Shown here: piece by piece, positions 57,539 through 64,000 of the stretch
How the letters are laid out: each line of letters begins with the position of its first letter
How positions within the stretch are numbered: position 1 is the first letter of the stretch
DNA from: Deltaproteobacteria bacterium
GTDB taxonomy: Bacteria > Lernaellota > Lernaellaia > JACKCT01
Direction of reading: 5' to 3'
NCBI GenBank assembly: GCA_020633895.1
Contig: JACKCT010000002.1
Coordinates: 326,055-390,054 of the forward strand
Length of the DNA stretch: 64,000 bases
Notes under the pieces: model-generated
Seen by the model: only the letters and a program-made list of their open reading frames with translations
Told to the model about the DNA's origin: nothing
Database searches by the model: none
Made by a program: the position numbers and the translations under genes

Positions 57539-58512
57539 GAGCGGTTCTTTCCCTTGCGCTTCTTCCCGCCGCCGGACTTGCCGGCCGATACGGCGGCGGC
57601 CTTCGCGGGAGCGGGAGTGGACGCCGGGATCTTATCGACCGGCTTGCGCTTGGGCAACCAAATGAAAATCACGGCCGCCAAGGCGAAGAGGATGAGGCTG
57701 ACGACCTGGCTTTCGGAAAGCTGAAAGGCGTATTGCCCCGGCGTGGTCTCCACGACCGCTTCGGTGACGAGCAGGAACTTCCACAAGCCCGTGGCCGTGT
57801 CGGCGGTGCGCCCGGCGTCGGCGGAGAAATGAAAGAGCGTCAGGAAGCCGCGCGGGTCGGCGCGGAAAAACTCCAGGGTGCTGCGCATGACGCCGTAGAG
57901 GACCAGAAACAGGGCCATGACCTGGCCGTGGAATTTCTTGCGGGGCAGCACGCCGAAGTAGAGGATCGCGAAGATCGCGAAGGACGAGAAGGACTCGGCG
58001 AGCTGCGTGGGGTAGAGGGGGATCCCGGCGATGCCGATGGTTTCCTTGGGGAACGTCACCCCCAACGGGAACGAGGCCGGGCACGCCTTGCCGTGGCAGC
58101 AGCCGGACAAAAAACACCCGATGCGCGCGAATCCCAGCCCCAGGGCCACGGTCGGCGCCACGATGTCCGAATATTGCGCCAGGTCCAAATGCTTGCGACG
58201 CAGATAAAGCAGCCCGGCGGCCGACCCGGCGATGAACCCGCCGTAGAAGACCAATCCGCCTTCCCGCACGTTGAAGATCTGCCACGGGTGGGCCTTGTAG
58301 TGATCCCAGAAGACGAAGCAGTGGAACAGGCGGGCGCCGACCATGGCGGCCACGACGACCCACACGGCCATATTGCTGATGTCGTCCGGATCGCCGCCTT
58401 CGACCTTGACTCGGTGGGAGGCGGTGTAGATGGCGGCCAGAAAGGCCAGGGCCAGCATGAATCCGTAGGAATGCACCGGCACGCCGAAGACGGTGAAGAG
58501 AATCGGATGCAT
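57535..58512 (-). CDS. lgt: prolipoprotein diacylglyceryl transferase with Lys-rich C-terminal tail
   Basis: MHPILFTVFGVPVHSYGFMLALAFLAA start. Lgt signature region GGLVFYGGFIAG...RIGCFLSGCCHG. ATG at 58512 chosen; the Arg-rich upstream ORF extension is rejected. Confidence 0.9.
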   Translation of the reverse strand: MHPILFTVFGVPVHSYGFMLALAFLAAIYTASHRVKVEGGDPDDISNMAVWVVVAAMVGARLFHCFVFWDHYKAHPWQIFNVREGGLVFYGGFIAGSAAGLLYLRRKHLDLAQYSDIVAPTVALGLGFARIGCFLSGCCHGKACPASFPLGVTFPKETIGIAGIPLYPTQLAESFSSFAIFAILYFGVLPRKKFHGQVMALFLVLYGVMRSTLEFFRADPRGFLTLFHFSADAGRTADTATGLWKFLLVTEAVVETTPGQYAFQLSESQVVSLILFALAAVIFIWLPKRKPVDKIPASTPAPAKAAAVSAGKSGGGKKRKGKNRS

Positions 58513-59036
58513 CAGGCGGCGTCCTTCGCGTCGGCCGACTTGCCCGGTTCGGCGGCGGAGCCTTCGCGGAAATTGTCGTAGAGAAAGACCAGCACGCCGA
58601 TCACGATGGCCGCGTCGGCGACATTGAACGCCGGCCACGACAGACCGCGAAAATAGACCAGGAGAAAGTCGATCACCGCGCCCAGGCGCACCCGGTCGAT
58701 CAGGTTGCCCACCGCCCCGCCCAGCACGGCGGCCAGGGCGATAATCTGACGGCGCTGCGTGAGCTTGAGTTGGGCAATGAAGTAGATCAGCGCCGCCATC
58801 GCCACGCCGGCCACGACGAGGAAAAAGATCGTCGGGTGTTTGTCGAACAGGGAAAAAGCCGCGCCCCGGTTGTAGCGCATGGTCAGGTCGAACAGGCCGG
58901 GGATGACCTTGACGCCGGTGTTTTCCGGGATGGCGTTGACGGCGACGAGCTTGGTGATCTGGTCGGCGACCAGGCACGGCACGGCCACCAGCGCGACCAG
59001 TTTCGTCTTGGGGCCGATCACCGAGCCGGGACCCAT
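58512..59036 (-). CDS. lspA: lipoprotein signal peptidase (SPase II), copy 1
   Basis: Motifs YNRGAAFS, GGAVGNLIDR, VIDFL, FNVADAAI. Stop overlaps the lgt start. Confidence 0.85.
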   Translation of the reverse strand: MGPGSVIGPKTKLVALVAVPCLVADQITKLVAVNAIPENTGVKVIPGLFDLTMRYNRGAAFSLFDKHPTIFFLVVAGVAMAALIYFIAQLKLTQRRQIIALAAVLGGAVGNLIDRVRLGAVIDFLLVYFRGLSWPAFNVADAAIVIGVLVFLYDNFREGSAAEPGKSADAKDAA

Positions 59037-59611
59037 CGCTGCGGGGCGGGAGCCTTGGCCGGGGCGCCTTCGATCGGGTCGTCGCTTTGCGTCGCGGCGG
59101 TTTCGGCGTCCGGCTCGGCCGGTTGATCCAGCCCGAAGGGGTCGCGGCGGATCATCTCCCACATGAAGATCAGCACGCCCACCACGATCGCCATGTCGGC
59201 CACGTTGAACGTCGGCCAGACCGTGCCGTAGAAGCGCACGTCCAGAAAATCCACGACGGCGCCGGACAGCAGGCGGTCGCTGATGTTGCCCAGGGCGCCG
59301 CCCAAAATCATCGCCAGCGCGGTGGCCAGACGCCGGTGGCGGGGGTTGACCTTGATGACGAAGTACAAAATGAACGCGATCGCGATGACCGAGATGACCA
59401 GGAAGAAATACAGGGGCTTGCCTCGGAACATGCCGAACGCGGCGCCCGGATTGTGCTTGAGGGTGATGGAGAAGAATTTGGGCACCACGGCCATCGACTC
59501 TTCGAGCCGGAAGGTGGCCGTCACCCAGAATTTCGTGATCTGATCCGCGGCCAGCGTCAGCAGCATCGCGTAGGTGATCAGAAAATATTTATTGCGCAGC
59601 GAAGAATTCAT
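59018..59611 (-). CDS. lipoprotein signal peptidase (SPase II), copy 2 (tandem paralog, acidic C-terminal tail)
   Basis: Motifs HNPGAAFG, GGALGNISDR, VVDFL, FNVADMAI. Overlaps copy 1 by 19 nt. Confidence 0.85.
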   Translation of the reverse strand: MNSSLRNKYFLITYAMLLTLAADQITKFWVTATFRLEESMAVVPKFFSITLKHNPGAAFGMFRGKPLYFFLVISVIAIAFILYFVIKVNPRHRRLATALAMILGGALGNISDRLLSGAVVDFLDVRFYGTVWPTFNVADMAIVVGVLIFMWEMIRRDPFGLDQPAEPDAETAATQSDDPIEGAPAKAPAPQRWVPAR

Positions 59612-59783
59612 CGTCCGTGATCCCGACGGCTGTTGATGGCCGTTCCGACAACGCCAACGAGCGTCCGGATCCCGCCGGACGCCCTAAGTCGGGATGTGGT
59701 AACGAAAACCGGCCCGCCGGTCAAGGTGGGGTGGGACCCACGGCTCGGCGAGAACAAGAGAAACAAGGGATGGCTTGGGGTGT

Positions 59784-60896
59784 TTACCCGTTCGGGTCGT
59801 GCCAGGCGCAGCGGAAGCCCACATGGTCGGAGATGCCCGAGGCCTCGACGGCGTTGCGGTGGGACAGGCGCAGCCACGTCTCGTTGAAGTCGTACTTCCA
59901 GGCGCCGCCCTTGACGATGGCCAGGGCGCCTTCCCGAGGGCCTTGGGGATCGGCGGACGGGGCGTCGGCGTAGTAGTCGGAATCGTAGTTGTCCGCGACC
60001 CATTCCCAGACGTTGCCGGACAGATTCAGCGCGCCGTAGGGCGAGGCGAAGTCGGCATAGGCGTCCACCGGCGCTGTAATGTTGTAGCCGTCCGGCGGAA
60101 CACACGGATTGGGCATCCCATTGCTCACGCAGTCCGCCCAGTTGGCGGCGTCTTCCTGCCAGACGTTGCCCCAGGGCCAAATGCGCCCGTCCTCGCCCCG
60201 TCCGGCCTTTTCCCACTCCGCCTCGGTGGGCAGGCGTCGGCCCAGCCATCGGCAGTACGTCCGCGCCATTTCGCGGTTGACGCCGATCGCCGGCTGTTCG
60301 TCGCTGACCAGATAGCCCTTTTCCTCGCCGATCGCCGAGGCCTGGCACTCGCCCGCCGCGACGCATTCGTCGTACGCCTCGAAGGACACTTCGGTCTTGT
60401 CGATCCAAAATTCGGAGAGTTCGACCTGATGGAAGGGCTGCTCGTTCTCGTAGCCGGGCAGGCCGCACAGCGGATCGGCCTCGTTGTCCGGATTGCATCC
60501 CATCCAAAACGGCCCCGCCGGCACCTGCACCATATTCTCACCCGGCTCATCAGCCAGGTAACTGTCGTCGTCATCATCGCCGGAGTCGTCGTCGGTCGCG
60601 TCATCGTCGTCGTCGGTGGCGGAGGAATCGTCGTCATCCCCGGCGCATCCGCCGCATCCGCCCGAGCTGTCGTCGTCGCCGGCCGCGTCGTCGATGTGGG
60701 CGGTCGCGTCGTCATCGTCGTCGGCCCCGTCGTCGTCGACCGTCGTCGTCTCGTCGCCGTCAAAGTCGTCCCCCGCCTCCGACCGGCACGCCGGAAAGGC
60801 CAGAAACGCCGCCAGTCCGAACAGCAGCACCATCACCGACGTCGCGGCGGGCGGCATCGAAACGCGCTGAAGGATGGGGGAATAACCGGATATCAT
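59784..60896 (-). CDS. formylglycine-generating-enzyme (FGE/SUMF1) family protein with N-terminal poly-Asp/GGCGGC acidic segment
   Basis: C-terminal FGE-sulfatase domain blocks (WMGCNPDNE, RVELSEFWIDKTEV, LPTEAEWEKAGRGEDGRIWPWGN, NVWEWVAD, VKGGAWKYD, HRNAVEASGISDHVGFRC). After the signal peptide: GDDFDGDETTTVDDDGADDDDDATAHIDDAAGDDDSSGGCGGCAGDDDDSSATDDDDDATDDDSGDDDDD. Start uncertain (60896 or 60857). Confidence 0.75.
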   Translation of the reverse strand: MISGYSPILQRVSMPPAATSVMVLLFGLAAFLAFPACRSEAGDDFDGDETTTVDDDGADDDDDATAHIDDAAGDDDSSGGCGGCAGDDDDSSATDDDDDATDDDSGDDDDDSYLADEPGENMVQVPAGPFWMGCNPDNEADPLCGLPGYENEQPFHQVELSEFWIDKTEVSFEAYDECVAAGECQASAIGEEKGYLVSDEQPAIGVNREMARTYCRWLGRRLPTEAEWEKAGRGEDGRIWPWGNVWQEDAANWADCVSNGMPNPCVPPDGYNITAPVDAYADFASPYGALNLSGNVWEWVADNYDSDYYADAPSADPQGPREGALAIVKGGAWKYDFNETWLRLSHRNAVEASGISDHVGFRCAWHDPNG

Positions 60897-60998
60897 CGAC
60901 TTTGCCAATCGGGTCGGAAGGCGAACATCTTGAATACGCTTGTGCAAACAAAATGGGGTAAGATGCTTTCTCCGACAAGGGGAGCGAGGAGAAAAAGC

Positions 60999-61514
60999 AT
61001 GATTGACTATGCGCTGCGGGATTTTCGCATCGAAGGGATCCCGCCGATCGGCGCCGCCGCGAAGGACGGCCGGCTGATCGCCGTTTGGTTTCAAAAACGC
61101 AAACACGAGGACGTCGACGCCGCCGTGAGCCGGAGGTTTCCCGACGAAACCGTGCGCGAGAGGCAGTCGGCCGTGATTCGAGAGACATTCAAGCAACTGC
61201 GCGAATATTTCGCCGGGACGCGCCGGGTGTTCGACCTGCCCATCGACGCGGGCGGGACGGATTTTCAGGCCGGAGTGTGGCGCGAGTTACAACGCATTCC
61301 CTACGGCCGCACGGTCAGCTACGGCGATATCGCCAAGAGCCTCAAGCGTCCCGGCGCGGCGATTGCGGTCGGTCAAGCCAACGGCCGGAATCCGGTGGCG
61401 ATCATCGTTCCCTGTCACCGGGTCATCGGCGCGAACGGCGCGCTGGTCGGCTACGCCTCGGGCACGGACATCAAGCAGCGGTTGTTGCTGATGGAAGGGG
61501 CGGTGTTGTTGTAG
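60999..61514 (+). CDS. ogt: methylated-DNA--protein-cysteine methyltransferase
   Basis: Active site IVPCHRVIG. DNA-binding helix. 171 aa. GGAGCGAGGAG RBS-like upstream of ATG 60999. The 579-aa ORF-track version is rejected. Confidence 0.9.
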   Translation: MIDYALRDFRIEGIPPIGAAAKDGRLIAVWFQKRKHEDVDAAVSRRFPDETVRERQSAVIRETFKQLREYFAGTRRVFDLPIDAGGTDFQAGVWRELQRIPYGRTVSYGDIAKSLKRPGAAIAVGQANGRNPVAIIVPCHRVIGANGALVGYASGTDIKQRLLLMEGAVLL

Positions 61515-61640
61515 GGAGCGTTGGTGATCGTGGGTGCCACACTCTTAGGTCGCCACGGGCGACCAAGGGTGTGGCATGCGGCCGTTCAAAGTTCGCACAC
61601 CTTCTCTCCGACGGGCGTCGTCGCGAAAGTGTGGCACCCG
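61511..61640. repeat. REP/MITE-like element (family B fragment GTAGGGAGCGTTGGT followed by family A palindrome TGGGTGCCACACTC ... TCGCGAAAGTGTGGCACCC)
   Basis: Same B-then-A order as in 21088-21140. Located between convergent ogt and gltX. Confidence 0.7.
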
Positions 61641-61647
61641 ACGAGGT

Positions 61648-63069
61648 TTACCCCTGCTTCTCCGCCTGATGCTGCGTCGCATGGGCCGCCGCCTTGCGAA
61701 TCCGCGCGACGCTGCGTTCCTTGTCCAGTAGGGCGAGGGTTTCGAAGATCCCCGGTGAGATGGACGAGCCCGTCACCGCGATGCGGATCGGTTGGGCGAC
61801 CTTGCCCAGCTTTGTTTCGTGCTTTTCCACCACGCCGTTGATAACGCCCTCGATGCCGGCCTCGTCGAACGGGTCCAGAGCCTCCAGGCCGTCGGCGATT
61901 TCGTTCAGGATCGCCCCCGTGTCGGCCTTGAACCATTTCTTCACCGCCGCTTCGTCATAGGCGCTCGGCTCCTCGAAGAAATAGCGCACGTGGTCGGCCA
62001 TCTCGACCAGATTCTTGAAACGCTCTTGAATATTGGCCGCCAATGTCGTCAGCCACGGTCCCGCCTCGACGGAGTAGCCGCGTTCGATGAGATACGGCAA
62101 CAGCCGCTCCGCCAGGGCGTCGGGCGTCATCGCCAGGATCTTCTGCTGATTGATCCATTCCAGCTTGGCGAAATCCATGACCGTCGCCGACGCATTCACG
62201 TTGGCAACGTCGAAATGCTCGATCAACTCCGCGTCGGTGAACAGCTCCTGGTCGCCGTGGGACCAGCCCAGGCGCGCCAGATAGTTGCGCACCGCCTCGG
62301 GCAGCAGGCCCATTTCGCGTAATTCCGTGACGGCTGACGCTCCGTGGCGCTTGGAGAGCTTTTTGCCGTCCGGTCCATGCACCATGGGGATGTGGGCGAA
62401 AGCCGGAATGTCGAAGCCAAGGGCCTGGTAGACGACAAGCTGCTTGGGCGTGTTGTTGAGGTGGTCGTTGCCGCGAATGACGTGCGTGACGCCCATGTCG
62501 TGATCGTCGGCGACGACGACGAAGTTGTAGGTGGGCGAATGGTCCGAGCGGGCGATGATCCAGTCGTCCAACTCGGCGGCGTTGAAGGTGACATCGCCCA
62601 GGATCAAGTCCTTCACCACGATCTCGCCTTCGACGGGCATCTTCAGACGCACCACATGCTCGCCGCAATCCGGGCCGTGGCCCGCGTCGCGACATTTGCG
62701 GTCATAGAGATACTTGCGCTTCTCGGCTTGGGCCGCCTCGCGCTTGGCGTCGAGTTCGTCCTTGGTGCAGGTGCATCGGTAGGCGCCGCCCTCGTCGATG
62801 AGCCGTTCGATCAGCGGCCGATGGATGCCGATGCGCTCGGACTGCATCACCGGCTCGCCGTCCCAGTCCAAACCCATCCAACGCATCCCGTCCAGGATGA
62901 TCCGGATGTTTTCCGGCGTGGAGCGCTCCTTGTCCGTATCCTCGATGCGCAGCAGGAATTTGCCGCCGCAATGGCGGGCGTAGAGCCAGTTGTACAGCGC
63001 CGTGCGGGCGCCGCCGATATGCAGACTGCCCGTGGGCGAGGGGGCGAAGCGGACGGACACGTCGCTCAT
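61648..63069 (-). CDS. gltX: glutamate--tRNA ligase
   Basis: HIGH motif (SPTGSLHIGGARTALYNWL). KMSKS-type KLSKRHG. Class I core. 473 aa. Confidence 0.95.
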   Translation of the reverse strand: MSDVSVRFAPSPTGSLHIGGARTALYNWLYARHCGGKFLLRIEDTDKERSTPENIRIILDGMRWMGLDWDGEPVMQSERIGIHRPLIERLIDEGGAYRCTCTKDELDAKREAAQAEKRKYLYDRKCRDAGHGPDCGEHVVRLKMPVEGEIVVKDLILGDVTFNAAELDDWIIARSDHSPTYNFVVVADDHDMGVTHVIRGNDHLNNTPKQLVVYQALGFDIPAFAHIPMVHGPDGKKLSKRHGASAVTELREMGLLPEAVRNYLARLGWSHGDQELFTDAELIEHFDVANVNASATVMDFAKLEWINQQKILAMTPDALAERLLPYLIERGYSVEAGPWLTTLAANIQERFKNLVEMADHVRYFFEEPSAYDEAAVKKWFKADTGAILNEIADGLEALDPFDEAGIEGVINGVVEKHETKLGKVAQPIRIAVTGSSISPGIFETLALLDKERSVARIRKAAAHATQHQAEKQG

Positions 63070-63139
63070 GAGGCACCTTTTCGTTTCGGCTCGTCAGACC
63101 GAGTCGGTCAGTTTCAGCCGATCGGGCAATGGAAACGAT

Positions 63140-63961
63140 TTAGAAAAACAGGCCCGCCACGTAGCGCAATCCCACGATCACCATCAGGCCGGAAATGGCC
63201 ATTTTCAGCGGTTTGGGGTCGAGCTTTTGAGCGGCGCGGGCACCGTAGTGGGCGAGGATCATACTGGCGGCGGCGACGAAAATCCAGGCCGGAAGATGCA
63301 CATAGCCCACCGCGTGGGGGATTTGGGCCTCGGCCGGCGGAGTGGCCCAGGCGTAGTTGGCGGCGCCGATGGCCGCGTATCCGGCGACGACCGCCGCGCT
63401 GGTTCCGACGGCGCGATGGGGTTGGAACCGGCCCAGCAGCAGCAGGATCGGCAGGTTCAGGATGCCTCCCCCCAGGCCGAACAGGCCCACGATGATTCCC
63501 GCGGACGCGCCCATCGCCAGGAAAAACCAGGGAGACGTCACCTCCGCGCCGTCCACGTGCTCGGGGCTCTTGGACCAGAAAATGCGCGCCGCCACGCCCC
63601 ACAAGACGATGCCGAAGGCGGCTTTCATGATCGTCGGGTCGGTGTTCAGCGCGATCTGGGAGGCGATGGTCGTGCCGACGGCGCCGCCCACGATGCTCCA
63701 GACCGTCGCCGGCCAGTTGACGCCGTTGTCGTCGTGGTGCGTCCGGCTGGCGGAGATGGAGGTCATCAGGATGATGGCCAGGGAAGTGCCTCGGGCGTAG
63801 GTGAACGAGGAATCGGGCGGCAGGCCCAGCGCGTGGAAGAGGGCGTCCAGGGCCGGGACGTTGATGACGCCGCCGCCCACCCCGGCGAATCCCCCGAGAA
63901 AACCGGAGAATACGCCCGTGACGAGGAAGCCCGCGTAGATGATCCAGGTGGTCATAGACAC
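63140..63961 (-). CDS. sulfite exporter TauE/SafE family membrane protein
   Basis: Two internally repeated 4-TM halves with Gly-rich motifs (GFLGGFAGVGGG, LFGLGGGILNLP) characteristic of the TauE/SafE 4-toluene sulfonate uptake permease (TSUP) family. Confidence 0.85.
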   Translation of the reverse strand: MSMTTWIIYAGFLVTGVFSGFLGGFAGVGGGVINVPALDALFHALGLPPDSSFTYARGTSLAIILMTSISASRTHHDDNGVNWPATVWSIVGGAVGTTIASQIALNTDPTIMKAAFGIVLWGVAARIFWSKSPEHVDGAEVTSPWFFLAMGASAGIIVGLFGLGGGILNLPILLLLGRFQPHRAVGTSAAVVAGYAAIGAANYAWATPPAEAQIPHAVGYVHLPAWIFVAAASMILAHYGARAAQKLDPKPLKMAISGLMVIVGLRYVAGLFF

Positions 63962-64000
63962 CGCCCAAGCATGGCCGCCCGGACCGCCCTGTCAAGCAAA

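Noticed and set aside
57535-58977. 155-aa Arg/Gly-rich N-terminal extension of lgt in the ORF track
   Set aside because: Overlaps the lspA copy 1 coding region in another frame. Lgt begins with the conserved MHPILFTVFG segment at 58512.
59775-61514. 579-aa plus-strand ORF spanning the antisense of the FGE-like gene and ogt
   Set aside because: Only the last 171 aa (ogt) have coding signatures and an RBS. Upstream part is antisense to the FGE-like gene and Val/Gly/Arg-rich.

Overview
This is a high-GC bacterial chromosomal segment (content resembles Deltaproteobacteria/Myxococcota), densely coded on both strands. All calls are from reading the sequence and the six-frame translations; no database search was run.

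Housekeeping and identifiable genes: infA, glmS, gltX, lgt, two tandem lspA paralogs, ogt, a tRNA-Phe(GAA), a TetR-regulated RND efflux operon (adaptor plus pump), an NtrY/NtrX-like two-component system with an adjacent DUF4390 protein, a HAD hydrolase, a phosphomannomutase/phosphoglucomutase, and a GlpD-like FAD-dependent glycerol-3-phosphate dehydrogenase.

Three unusual gene sets:
- A minus-strand phosphate (Pho) supercluster, phoB-phoR-[two tandem paralogous GT-C/ArnT-PMT-like membrane glycosyltransferases]-pstS-pstC-pstA-pstB-phoU, with 11-bp periodic CGTCA repeats upstream of pstS that look like Pho boxes.
- A glycerolipid cluster, PlsB-type GPAT, GpsA-like, App1/DUF2183-like phosphatidate phosphatase, then two convergent GT4 glycosyltransferases, plus two separate LPLAT-family acyltransferases and a GT87/GT2/GT2 locus elsewhere in the window.
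- Three secreted proteins carrying a tail I do not recognise: a Thr-rich linker, a poly-Asp tract, and a terminal G-C-G-[C/I]. It sits at the C-terminus of a Kelch protein and of a divergently transcribed protein with a choice-of-anchor-like N-terminus, and as an N-terminal poly-Asp/GGCGGC block in an FGE/SUMF1-like protein. This is my lead candidate for a new sorting, anchoring or mineral-binding module.

Other noted features: a PTS-EIIA(Ntr)-like, PII-like, two Na+/H+ antiporter operon; several families of palindromic REP/MITE-like intergenic repeats, including a ~370-bp composite element with terminal inverted repeats; and an exact 20-bp TetR operator-like repeat. No CRISPR array, reverse transcriptase, integrase or transposase ORF was seen.
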